Assembly: GCA_002269645.1 (NCBI GenBank)
Contig: NIVC01003866.1
Coordinates: 9,052-73,051, forward strand
Source of the DNA: Macrostomum lignano
Lineage: Eukaryota
Length of the DNA: 64,000 bases
Direction: 5' to 3'
Numbering within the stretch: the stretch's first letter is position 1; each line of letters opens with the position of its first letter. The translations under genes were made by a program, and so were the position numbers. Shown one piece after another: positions 41,301 to 53,691 of this stretch. Under the pieces are notes generated by a model. The model searched no databases. It was not told the DNA's origin and was given only the letters and a program-made list of their open reading frames with translations.

Positions 41301-41828
41301 CACACCCATTCACCTGTCTATCCACCCACCTGCACACCCAGCCACCTGTCCATCCACCCACCTGCACACTCAGCCACCTGTCCATCCACCCACTTGCACA
41401 CTCAGCCACCTGTCCACCCACCCACCTGCACACCCACTTACCTGTCCATCCACCCACCTGCACACCCAGCCACCTGTCCATCCACCCACCTGCACACTCA
41501 GCCACCTGTCCACCCACCCACCTGCACACCCACTTACCTGTCCATCCACCCACCTGCACACCCAGCCACCTGTCCATCCACCCACCTGCACACTCAGCCA
41601 CCTGTCCACCCACCCACCTGCACACCCACTTACCTGTCCATCCACCCACCTGCACACTCAGCCACCTGTCCATCCACCCACCTGAACACTCAGCCACCTG
41701 TCCGTCCACCCACCTGCACACCCAGCCACCTGTCCGTCCACCCACCTGCACACTCAGCCACCTGTCCATCCACTCACCTGCACACCCACTCACCTGTCTA
41801 TCCACCCACCTGCACACCCAGCCACCTG
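38330..41828. repeat. 32-bp satellite (two related 16-mers), about 3.5 kb, with a short resumption at 42858-42950
   Basis: Unit acctgcacacccactc-acctgtctatccatct. Confidence 0.97.
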
Positions 41829-43222
41829 CTCAGCCCATCAATGTACAAGTGCTGGTGCACTTTCAAACCAGCGGTGACCTCGCACACCAGCCTTGGAGCT
41901 GACGGCATCGCTGAAATTCCAACTGACTTTATTTTGCATTTTTGGCCGGCAGCGGCGCTGCCATAAATTTGGAGCTAAAATTAGAAAATTATGCGAAGCC
42001 GCTTTTTATTTGACCAAAAAAGTCGGCAATTCTGGGAAACTTTCGAGAGAAAAAAGATAAAATTTGCGGACAGTTTTTGAATTGAAGCAGTTTTTACTGA
42101 GCAGCCAACTCAACTGTGCCCGGCACGGACTCGGAGCTTCCCCGGGCCCGAAATTCAAAAGGCCTGCCCTGCGCCTTTGTAAAATCAATAAGGCGCTCAA
42201 AGAGTTTGAACCCCGAGTCCAAGGGTTGAATTTGATGAAGCAAAAGATAATGGGTGGAATTGCTGGTTTTGTTCCTAATTCTGCGGGATGAGGCAAATAT
42301 TTGCTGAGCTCTCGGCGCATTGTTCTCCTCAGCTTCTTTTTCTGTCCGAGTTGCTTGGGGGGGGGGTGTTGCTTCAAGCGGGCTCTTCATCATCCAGCAA
42401 ATATTGGCAACTGAAAGAGCGAGTGGCTTTACAGCCTGAATCGCTCTCTCAATTGCGCTTGGCTCCGCGCCGTTACTTTTTTTGAGCAATGGGTAGCGAT
42501 GACGCTGGGAGGCTGGGCTGCCAAAGTCATTGTCTGTGTTGTCAAGCCCCAAAGCGCGAACGCAGACCTGCAGCAGCGCCCGTGTTTTCGCACAGTTGTG
42601 TCTGTCTGCTTTTTTGAGAACCGCCATCTGCATCTCAATGAGGGCGAGCGTTCGCAGTGAAACTCGGGGCGCGAGTTTCCTGCTCTGCGCATGCGGGATC
42701 ACGATTTCTCGGTCACTTTCGATCGATCGGCAGCTGGCCCGGTGCGACTCTGCATTGTGCCGAGGGCCTCATCTCTTCAGATCACTGGGAGACCGACTTT
42801 TCCCCGGTTCTTGCATTGCACTTTTCGGGCACTTTAATCCCTGACCAGGTGTTTTAATTGTCTATCCATCCGCCTGCACACCCACTCACCTGTCTATCCA
42901 CCCGCCTGCACACCTACTCGCCTGTCTATCCATCCACCTGCTCACCCACCAACCTATTACTAATTAGGAGGATCAATTCAATACTCGAGTTGTTTCAGTG
43001 CCAAGTTTAGCTTATAAAAAAACAAAAACTGCAAGAGTCTGAAGCAGCAATTTATCTGTGTGCAAATTCGACTAATGCGAAACTCGCCGAGACGGCAATG
43101 CGTGGCCGTGGATCGCGGGAGCAATCTTAGATTTTAATTAGTACATAATAACTTGCACAAATATTTTGAGTCTGCCAATGATCTCAGCCAGGACTGACAT
43201 GGCCGGTTCGTCCCGAGGAAAT

Positions 43223-44186
43223 TCACTGCCGGGGCACCGGCACGCAGGTGGACTTGCACTCCCCTACCGCGCACATGTAGCTGGGGCTGCGGTACTGCGC
43301 CATGCAGTCCACGTGGTTGAAGCACTGCACCTCGAAGGCCTCGCAGCCGCCGCCTGAGTTGTAGAGAAACCGCTTGGCCCGCGGGCCCGCCAGCTCGCCG
43401 AGGCCTGTGGGAGGGAGTTGCTTTGGCTTTGATTAATCTGTTTTAAAGTTGGTTGCTAGTCTAGCCAAAACGTGAATTAATAATGAAGATTCTACTTAAT
43501 TCCATCCGAGTTCAGCTCAAAGCTTCAGTCCGTACGACTTGGATCTGTCTATCTGGTTCGAACCCCGTCCCAGCCCGAGTTCGAACCCCAAGCCTGAGTT
43601 CGAACCCCCAGCCCGAGTTCGAAACCCCCCAGCCCGAGTTCGAACCCCCAGCGCGAGTTAGAACCCACCAGCCCGAGTTCGAACCCCCAGCGCGAGTTAG
43701 AACCCACCAGCCCGAGTTCGAACCCCCAGCGCGAGTTAGAACCCACCAGCCCGAGTTCGAAACCCCCCAGCCCGAGTTCGAACCCCCAGCGCGAGTTAGA
43801 ACCCACCAGCCCGAGTTCGAACCCCCAGCGCGAGTTAGAACCCACCAGCCCGAGTTCGAACCCCCAGCGCGAGTTAGAACCCACCAGCCCGAGTTCAAAC
43901 CCCCAGCGCGAGTTCGAACCCCCCCCAACCCGAGTTCGAACCCCCTCCCAGCCCGAGTTCGAACCCCCCAGCCCGAGTTCGAACCCCCCCAGCCCGAGAT
44001 CGAACCCCCAGCCCGAGTTCGAACCCCCCCCCCCAGCCCGAGTTCGAACCCCCAGCCCGAGTTCCAACCCCCCCAGCCCGAGATCGAACCCGCGGATCTC
44101 GCGACGCGAACGGCGCTGGCCGCGCCTTCCTGCTGAGCTGCCAGCAGCAGGACCAGTAGGGCGATGATGGCGTGCAGAGGCTGCAT
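43223..44186 (-). CDS. Small secreted six-cysteine peptide precursor, 2 exons, 92 aa
   Basis: Exon 1 44186-44090, exon 2 43404-43223, phase 1 GT-AG intron (acceptor ctccctcccacag). Product MQPLHAIIALLVLLLAAQQEGAASAVRVARSAGLGELAGPRAKR-FLYNSGGGCEAFEVQCFNHVDCMAQYRSPSYMCAVGECKSTCVPVPRQ: hydrophobic signal, KR site, six Cys. ATTAAA about 85 nt after the stop. Donor (G|GTTCGA) is weak. Confidence 0.75.
43555..44090. repeat. 18-19-bp minisatellite filling the peptide gene intron
   Basis: Unit gttcgaacccccagcccga with higher-order variants. Confidence 0.93.
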
Positions 44187-44956
44187 TGCGCTCGTTTGCT
44201 TCTTCTGTTGTTGGCTTTAGTGATGTTGCAGATTCTGCGGAGGTCAGAGGTCAGAATGTAGGGTTGGCGGCAACTCGTGGGATCGAGGCGGAGTCTTCCC
44301 AGCAACCGCCAAAAGGCCACAGAGAGTGCTCGTAGAGTTTCCCCAATATTTCCCCAAACCAAGACCAGCTTTAAAGACTTTGGCTCCCAATCGGCCCCAA
44401 TTTGAATATTTCAGGAGCCACGCCGCTGGCCCACAAAAATCCCAGTCTGAATTTTTCATGAACTCTGCGGAGCTGCAGACCAACTAGTTGTCCCCAGTGG
44501 GAATTCAGGGGATAACTAACTAACGCTGTCCATTTCAAACGCAAACTCTGCAAAGTGCTCGCCCAGGCAATCATCGTCTTACCGAAGTGTCGCCGTTGCC
44601 AGGTGGTGCCGAGGTATCCGAGAGAGACTTGCAGGAAGCGAATTCGAGCTGGGAATGGCCGCTGTCGCTTTTAACTTGCTGTCAGGAGCCGGCGGGGTGG
44701 CTGACTGGGGGGGGGGAGGGGGGCAGCCCAGGCCAATGGTGGAGCGGGTACTGCCAACTTTTTCTATTGGATTTTTTGGTATTGATCAATATGCAAGTCA
44801 AGGTGTGAGATTAATGCCATGCAGTCCGAGAGTGAGATTCGAACTCCCGATAGGTCCAGACAGTGTTCTGAGTGAGATCTCAGAGTCAGGCTGAGCAAGG
44901 GGCAAGGGCATCATCCAGTGCTCACACACTCTAGAAGTTCTGTTTAACTATAAAAC

Positions 44957-45240
44957 CATTGCATAGCCTAGTGGTTAAGAGCATCAGACTCACGACTTGA
45001 AGGTTCAGGGGTTCGATTCCCGATCCCCACTGGAACAATTTGTGTCCTTGAGCAAAACACTATACTTAACTCTGCATTGCTTCAGTTCACCCAGCTGTAA
45101 ATTGGTTACCAGCATTAGCTGAGGTAGCTGAGGGTGTGGTGACCCGCCATGCAGTCCTTGGACTGAACAGCCGTACGCAGCCTTCAGATGCATCAAGTGG
45201 GCCCAGTTGGGCAGGTGTAATCAATTATAATAATAATTAT
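44957..45240 (+). mobile_element. tRNA-derived SINE with CORE-like central domain
   Basis: A box tagcctagtgg (44964-44974), B box ggttcgattcc (45010-45020), then tgtgtccttgagcaaaacac...ttaactctgcattgcttcagttcacccagctgtaaattgg (45041-45105) aligning by eye to the MIR core, and an (ATA)n tail. Confidence 0.8.
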
Positions 45241-45984
45241 TTTTACACGAAGTATGAGATTCGCTTCACATTCCTTTCTTGCTACTCGTCAGTAGGCGAT
45301 GGGAAGCATGTGAATGCATGTGCATATCCCATTTATTCAGCAGGTTGCATGTAACAAATGAGATCAGCAAATGCGTGTTATTTTCAGGGCAAACTAAAAC
45401 CAGCCGAGAAAATACATGTCACATTGGCGCTCAGCATTGTGTCTTTGCATGGCAGCACTGACATCTCCCAGCTTCAATTGGCGCCCCATCAAACAGACCC
45501 TGCTGACTCGCCCCTGGTGCCACGGCAATTTTGCATGCCAATGCTTCTTTGAGGCGCACAGATCTGGATCACCAATGCAGATAACAACAGAAAACTGCGA
45601 ACAGCACAAGCCAACCGCTTTTTTACCCAAGAGATGCCTGTCTGCAAGAAGGGAAAAAAACACTGAGAACCCAGAATGTCATTATGCTAATCAATTGAAG
45701 CTCGCAAGTGAAACTTTTCCGACCCCAGTTTAGCGTCGGATTACAGAAAATGTAATTTAAATTGCGGATAGAAATTTGATCGATATCGAAATGGCTCGCT
45801 CCCAACTCCCCAACAACAGCGTGATGATTGTTCCAATATCAAATTGGTTTGCTTCATTGCAACTGAGAATTAGCTTTGCTTTTGCACTGCTAATTTAAAA
45901 GTGCTTTTCCTTCCCAGTTTTTGGTGCGACATCAAAGCGTTCTGAAACTTTTCTGATTCTATTCATTCCACTGAGAGCTGTCAG

Positions 45985-47475
45985 GTAAATGGGATCTGTC
46001 AGAGTCAGGTAATGGGGTCTGTCAATATCAGGTAATGGGAACTGTCAGTGTCTGGAGGCGGGATCTTTCAGTGTCAGGAGCCGGGATTTTTAGTGTCAGT
46101 GAGGTAATAGGATCATTCAGTGTCAGGGAGCGGGATCTGTCAGTGTCAGGTAATGGGATCTGTCAGTGTCAGGTAATAGAAACTGTCAGTGTCAGGTAAT
46201 GGGGTCTGTCAATATCAGGTAATGGGGTCTGTCAGTGTCAGGTAATGGGAACTGTCAGAGTCAGGTAATGGGGTCTGTCAGTGTAAGGTAATGGGAACTG
46301 TCAGAGTCAGGTAATGGGGTCTGTCAGTGTCAGGTAATGGGAACTGTCAGTGTCAGGTAATGGGGTCTGTCAGTGTCAGGTAATAGAAACTGTCAGTGTC
46401 AGGTAATGGGAACTGTCAGTGTCAGGTAATGGGAACTGTCAGTGTCAGGTAATGGGATCTGTCAGTGTCAGGTAATAGAAACTGTCAGTGTCAGGTGATG
46501 GGTCTGTCAGTGTCAGGTAATGGGAACTGTCAGAGTCAGGTAATGGGAACTGTCAGAGTCAGGTAATGGGGTCTGTCAGTGTCAGGTAATGGGAACTGTC
46601 AGAGTCAGGTAATGGGAACTGTCAGTGTCAGGTAATGGGGTCTGTCAGTGTCAGGTAATGGGATCTGTTAGTGTCAGGTAATAGAAACTGTCAGTGTCAG
46701 GTAATGGGGTCTGTCAGTGTCAGGTAATGGGAACTGTCAGAGTCAGGTAATGGGGTCTGTCAGTGTCAGGTAATGGGGTCTGTCAGTGTCAGGTAATAGA
46801 AACTGTTAGTGTCAGGTAATGGGGTCTGTCAGTGTCAGGTAATGGGGTCTGTCAGTGTCAGGTAATAGAAACTGTTAGTGTCAGGTAATGGGGTCTGTCA
46901 GTGTCAGGTAATAGAAACTGTCAGTGTCAGGTAATGGGGTCTGTCAGTGTCAGGTAATGGGAACTGTCAGAGTCAGGTAATGGGGTCTGTCAGTGTCAGG
47001 TAATGGGGTCTGTCAGTGTCAGGTAATAGAAACTGTTAGTGTCAGGTAATGGGGTCTGTCAGTGTCAGGTAATGGGATCTGTCAGTGTCAGGTAATAGAA
47101 ACTGTCAGTGTCAGGTAATGGGATCTGTCAGTGTCAGGTAATAGAAACTGTCAGTGTCAGGTAATGGGATCTGTCAGTGTCAGGTAATAGAAACTGTCAG
47201 TGTCAGGTAATGGGGTCTGTCAGTGTCAGGTAATGGGAACTGTCAGAGTCAGGTAATGGGGTCTGTCAGTGTCAGGTAATAGAAACTGTCAGTGTCAGGT
47301 AATGGGAACTGTCAGTGTCAGGTAATGGGGTCTGTCAGTGTCAGGTAATGGGAACTGCCAGTGTCAGGTAATGGGGTCTGTCAGTGTCAGGTAATAGAAA
47401 CTGTCAGTGTCAGGTAATGGGGTCTGTCAGTGTCAGGAGGTGGGATCAGCCAGTGTCAGGATGCGGGATCTGTCA
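45985..47475. repeat. 23-bp satellite, about 1.5 kb
   Basis: Unit gtcagtgtcaggtaatggggtct. Confidence 0.97.
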
Positions 47476-48376
47476 GAGTCAGCTCCTTAACAGTCAGTTC
47501 AACGGCAGTAAGAGAAGCCCAGAGTCGAAAGCCAAATATTCAATTAGCGTGATAAGCAGATGGCTTGCACACAAAACCAGCAGCAGGCTGTATAATTATC
47601 AATGCTCATCCACAAAAGTTTAAGTTAGCAACAAGAATTTGTGAGAGAAAAAATATATAATTACAGCACTTTGTATTTTCATAATTTCTTTTCCTTTTGC
47701 TAAAAAACGGACTCAAGCGACAGGGGGGGGGCGAGTTTAATTAACACAATGAGCAGCCCAGCGCGTGAAGATAAAAAAATCAAAATGATGAAGAACAGAT
47801 TGCATGGGATTTGCATGCAGCATAGCAACTGAAAATCTGCAGTCGACGGCACCAAATGAAAATTCAATTGAAGTGGCGAGGCCCTCCCTGGACTGCTCAA
47901 CTTTACAGAGTTGCACAAACAACTCGCAATTCATTAGTGTCATTATTAAGGACTGCGGACTCGCTTATTTGGGATTTTTAAAACCTTTTTTTTCTTACGC
48001 AGAGATTGGACACTACTGCAAGTAGGGAGAGTTGACTAGTACTATATATTATCTATTTAATTAGTAATTTGCATGCAGGTATAATAAATAAATAATGATG
48101 ATAAAATAGAAGAAAAAATGACATCAACAGTTTGCTATATACAGATTGGAACATTATAGAATTTTAGAACTGCTGTGCACATGATTATCATTAAACAGGC
48201 GGGCAAGGCACTCGCGGGGATCTGTGCTAGTCGGGGATTAGCTTTGGTTAGAAGATGCCCAGTGGGATTGAAGCTACGAGCTCGTAAATCAGCATTGTCA
48301 GATTTGGCAGGAAATATTCGAATACACAAGCAGACAGCAAGCCTGTTAATTTCAAATAAGAATTAATAAGTTTTCG

Positions 48377-48790
48377 TTGATGGGCCACTCAGGCATATTT
48401 ACTTAGTAAAACAGCTTTCTACTTTCAGTTCAGTAGCAAGGAAGTATACATAAGCTATTTTATAAAAAGAAAGGCAGCTGAAATGACTTTGATAAGTTTA
48501 GAAGCCCAAGCTTGCAGGCGTAAACAGCTTGCTAATTGGTTCAGCAATAATGTACATTAGCCAGTCCACTGAAATGTACACGGCAGCTTTAGGCTGGAAT
48601 TCCGAGAATGGCAATAAAAATTGGGGCGGGACGGGGGGGTAGTGTGGAAAAGCGCGGTTGGAGGGTTTAAGCTGGGAATGGAGGGGGGTTAAGAGCCAAT
48701 AAATGAGCTTTGGCTTTAAAAATGCTTCAGTTTAACATACTACTGAACTAAAAGTAGCTTACACGCAAATGTGCTGTGCGGCCCATCTAG
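48377..48790. mobile_element. MITE-like foldback element, copy A
   Basis: gatgggccactcaggcatattt...ctactttcagttcagtag at the left is inverted as ctactgaactaaaagtag...aaatgtgctgtgcggcccatc at the right. Confidence 0.7.
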
Positions 48791-49004
48791 TTATTCTAGT
48801 ATTTGTGGTGATAACACGACTTTTGGATGACTTTTTTGCGGCTCTTACGATTCTGCAATTCACGTGATGCGCTTGTGTCTCAACAGTCGCCTCACCGTCG
48901 TATTGCAGTCGTTTGAGTCACAAGTCACAAGAGTCGCCCCAGAGCCAGTTCTTGTCACGATAAAGTTATCAACGGGCAAAGGCGACCACAGATGCTATTT
49001 TTAA

Positions 49005-49262
49005 TAACTAGACGCGTCACTTAGGCAAATATATGGGCTTTTACTACTTTCAGTTCAGTAGTAAGGAAGAAGGCAGTTGCAGATGGAAATGACATGTTAT
49101 TAGTGCATCTGTCATGTACATCCACTTGGCAGCTTGGGGGGAGGGGGGTAAGATGACGAAAAAACCTGTGCCGCCCTAAAATACATTAAAATGCTTCTAT
49201 TTAACTTACTACTGAACTGAAAGTAGTTTAAACGCAAATGTGCTGAGTGGCCCATCTAGTTA
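49005..49262. mobile_element. MITE-like foldback element, copy B (same family, shorter)
   Basis: Ends taactaga...tctagtta, with internal inverted ctactttcagttcagtag / ctactgaactgaaagtag; right end nearly identical to copy A. Confidence 0.72.
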
Positions 49263-49300
49263 TTTTAGTCACTGTACTCTAATAAAGTGTTAATGAGAGC

Positions 49301-50471
49301 TCACAGCCGGTTGCCAGGAGCCTGCCTGCCCTGCTGCTGCTGGCTGTACTGTGTCAGCACCTGCTGTAGCGCCTGTACAGACAGCTCGTGCACCGTCTGC
49401 GGCCGGCACTGCTCCTCCAGCCAGGTGATTACGCAGCCGGACAGCTCGGCGAAGCTGCCAGCCGACGTGGACCGGTCGAAGCCGGCGAACAGCTGGTCCA
49501 TCACGGACTGGAACACGCTGAACTTCACCTGCTCCGGCAGCGGCTGCGACTGCGGCGAGGAGGCGGCCGCAGCCCCGCCAGATGCTCCGGCACTGCTCAC
49601 AAAGTGCTCATAGTTCATCTTCATTATCTTCAGCGCCATCACCTGCAGTTGGTAGACAGGTTTACTTATTAGCTATGATTTATGAGCAACTTGTAATGTA
49701 TATCACTAGGTAGAATCCCTAGATCAAGGCTGGAATGGCACTCATCAAGGCTGGAATGGCACTCATCAGTACTAGAATTGCACTTATCAAGGCTGGAATG
49801 GCACTCATCAATACAAGAATGGCACTCATCAAGGCTGGAATGGCACTCATCAAGTCTGGAATGGCACTCATCAATACTAGAATGGTACTCATCAATACTA
49901 GAATGGCACTCATCAATACTAGAATGGCACTCATCAATACTAGAATGGCACTCATCAATACTAGAATGGCACTCATCAAAGCTAGTATAATACCCTCTTG
50001 GCACCCTCGCACCTCTTTGTGCAGTTTGTCCAGCTCGCGCTCCTGCAACTCCTTCTGCTTGGCCAGATGCTCCATGTGCCTGATTGACCTCTGCAAGATG
50101 GACGCTTTGCTCAGCGACTTGGCGTTAGTTTCTCCAGACCCGCCACCAGCAGCGGCAGCGCCGCCGGCAGCCGAGGCGCTGGGCGCGGCGCCAACCAGCT
50201 CGTACAGCTTGTCATAGCCCTGCTTGATGGCGTCCCTGCGCTTCTGCTCGGCCTGCGTGTGCAGCTCGCGCCTCCGGTCCTTCACCAGCGCGGCTGAATC
50301 ATGCGAGAAGTCGCCACCACCACCGGCGCCGCCGCTGTTGCTGCTGTCCAGCAGCATGTCCTCCCGGTCGGAGAGGCTCGGGGACCGATGGCCGCTGCGG
50401 CCGCCGCCAGCACTGCCGCCGGAGGCCTGCAGAGCGCGGGATCTGCTGCTGTGCTGACCGCTGACCTGGCG
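49301..50471 (-). CDS. MLX: Max-like protein X (MLX/bigmax) bHLH-ZIP transcription factor, 5' end uncertain
   Basis: Exons about 50471-50013 and 49642-49301 (phase 0 at KE|VMAL). HTQAEQKRRDAIKQGY, LSKASILQRSI, ALKIMKMNYE, QVKFSVFQSVMDQLF, SFAELSGCVITWLEEQCRPQT match MLX bHLH-ZIP plus the C-terminal DCD. Start is either an upstream exon or the in-frame ATG at 50359. Confidence 0.92.
49725..49982. repeat. 21-bp minisatellite, MLX intron
   Basis: Unit ggcactcatcaatactagaat. Confidence 0.93.
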
Positions 50472-53400
50472 CTGCAGCAAGTTGTTAAAGCAGCTAATTT
50501 TCTTGCTCTGCATGCTACTTACTTTCAGTAGGCAGCTCACAGTTCGCTCATCTTAATTTTATTGTTCCTATTTTTTATTTCAAATAAAGTAAAAACAGCT
50601 TGGCTTCTGTGAAAAAAGCATCAAAAAGTTAAAAGCCTGACTATTGTTGTCAACTTACATTACTTTAAGAATCTCAACCAAAATATAAGTTTGATGAATC
50701 TTAATATTTGCTAACAATTAATTCTACATTTTGCAATGTTTTATTTCAAATTAAAATTTTAACTACTTTTTAAAAATATTAACAAATTATTGAAATTGTT
50801 ACGAATGAAAAAATAAAATCTTAGAATTATTAATAGCAATAATAAACAATCTTTTATTTTAAATTTTATAAGCATGTATCTAACAACAAGTGATATATGC
50901 TAATAAAAAAACTAAGTTTATTTGCCACAAAGCTTGCCTCTTGTCTTATACTAAGCAAAGTAGGCATTGCAAAATCTTTTTGCATATATGTTAATTATTG
51001 GTTTAGCCTTGTGGTAGAAACTCTAGATGCAAAATATCTTTTGCATCAAAGAAACATAGCATAAGCTTCATTTTTTACTTTGATTACTAAAAATACTATT
51101 TCTTCATAGGTTTTTATGATCCTGTCTGCCTCTATTCAAGATTCTGGCACTTAAGTTCAAAATAAGTTATTTGCCTAGTCTAGCTCACTAAGATTTTTTA
51201 ATTCCAAAAACTCATAGAGGGGTTGATAGTCATTTTGTCTGCTTCCAGTTTGTGTACCCCTCTTGTCTGCCAAAATACAATATAGTTAATAGAGGTAGCA
51301 GAAAAATGATTACATACCCAAGGAGGTACTCAAAAGAATTAATTTCTTATTTAAACACTAAATAAGAGAGCCATAAACATTGGACTTTAGACTTTAGATA
51401 GCTAAAGCAAGGGGTCCACAAGCTTAAGGAAAGAAGCAAAGCAAAGAAACAAAGGAAAAGAGTGGCTGCTGACTGCAAGAGTGTATTTATAATTGGTAGG
51501 TAAACAAGATAATAACAAGCTTAATCCAAAAACTAGACTACCCCTTAGCTTAGGCACAATAAAATATGATTGATAAAAAACAAGTATTGTGCAGGAATAC
51601 TATAAAGTCAATACATATACATAGACAGATGGAACTACTTTACAATAAATATTTCAATATGCAAGAAATACAAATAATACTAGAATAAATACATACAAGG
51701 CTATTGATATAGTGATATAGTAATAATTGCTTATATTATGTATATTACTCATTAAATGCGTTATGAAAATTATATATCCCTTTAATAGCAAAATATTTCT
51801 GTCTATTTGATCATTAAAAGTAGCCTAAATATCGTTTTTTGTCTCAAATATGCTTATAGTGCCTCCTATTTTTAAAGTTTTGTTATGAATTGTCCGCCAT
51901 TTTTACTAAAGTTACTATAAATATGAGCAAATAAATCTGTAGAGAGCCCAGACTTCTGTGGCTGCCACTAGTAACAGGCTTTGCCTTTCGGCCGAATTGA
52001 ACAGTTGTTCTAAAAATAGACCAGTTTATGAGTTGTTCCTTTGAAGGCGCCCGCCTTTCCCCTTCCCCAAGATATAGCTGCTTTAAGAAATATAGTAATA
52101 TTTCTAACCCCCTTTTTCCTTTATCAGTTGGACAGGTGTGAGGCCTCCCTTCCCCAGATCTCTGAGTAACCTGGCGATCTGCCAACTCCTTATCTAGACA
52201 CACTGTCTGCTTAGGCGTCCTGCCCTTAGCTAATTCTCTATTAAGGCATATCTTTCCCATGTCAGCATTCCCTATTAGCTGCTAAAACCCCTTTTGTGTG
52301 CCCCGTTTCCCAGGCAACTCCGATCCATCGCGAAGCCCTTAATTCCCCTCTCCCACCTATATTCCCCGGACTGAGAATAGAAAACAGTGTCTTGCCGCTC
52401 GGACACTTCATGCCCCAGGAGCAACCCACGGCTTATTCCTGTTAGTAGTAAAATTTGAATCTTTCTTTGTTCCCCAATTAAAGTCCCTTGTGATAAATTG
52501 ATAGAATAGGAGTCAGTAATCTCACCCCACAACAGATTTTGGTGTCAGCAATAGGAAAACTTCCCTCCCCCAAGACCCCTGTAACACTATAAAAAACTAT
52601 AGATTCAACAGTTAACACTACTGCAATAATAATACATATAGAATATTGCTAAAATAAATAAAAGAATACAACTATCACCGGCGCCACCAGCATGCATACA
52701 AGATAGGGAAATACAATACTTGTACATATTCTTCTTTAAATTACACAGTCACACTTTGACTTAAAAAGTTGCAAAAGTTTATAGACTAAGCTACTTGTTT
52801 ATAGATAGAACATCTATAAGCTAGATTTGACAAAATTTTATACCAAGAATCTCAATCTCAATAATTATAAAATTATTACTATATCAAATAAAATATTATA
52901 CAATAATCATTCATGGCCTAGGCATTACGCCTAGCTAAAGAGCAAGTGAAATATACAAGACAAAGTAAAGAAAAGGAATGACAAGATAGACCTATAATAT
53001 AAAAAATGTAGCTAAATTGTGAATATATAAAACTTCTTTGGCATTTTAAACATTTAAATAAACTAATTGTATTGTAACTTTTAAGTAGGCCCTAACTAGA
53101 CAATTCCAGATTTAATTCCATTGCGCTAGAATCCCTAGAACTCTCAAGTCTATCTGTCGACTGTCTTACACGACTTACAGTGACAGACAAGTGTCATTCG
53201 AGTGCGCAAGGGTATACACTCTACTCTATGGCCGACAGACCAATAATTTTTTAATGATTTGAAATTTGAAGCATAAAAAGCAATAGGGCCGGCCTACATG
53301 TAATAGGTTGAAAGGCTGAGAAAATCAAAGCTAGCTTATCGGTTCGATTCGAAGAAAAGCAGCAGATAAAGCAGAAAAGCAATAAAAAGCAAGTAAACCT

Positions 53401-53691
53401 GTTTGTGCAACTAGCTCATTATTAAAAATATTTGAATAAATTTAAGTGAAATACATCTGCACTTTTATGTAAAATCTGTAAGATAAGTCATCATAAGTGT
53501 GAATTTTTGTTTTACAGTTCTAAAGTGCTATATTTTAAGTTTTTGTTTTCAAGGAAACAGATTTTTAATCCAGGAAATTTTTTATCTGTAGGAGTTATGA
53601 TCTAGGAAGGAGGAAGAGGCAAAAGTAGTTTAAAGAGTCTAATCATCTAGACGTGATTTATATATATATAGCTGCTTTATTTTATACCATT

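Noticed and set aside
44957-45030. Possible tRNA gene
   Set aside because: A and B boxes present but no convincing acceptor stem or terminator; it continues into a SINE core.
51883-52560. Moderately GC-rich block with 85-125-aa minus-strand ORFs between MLX and Rab11
   Set aside because: No recognisable motif, termini or splice structure; could be decayed mobile DNA but unsupported.
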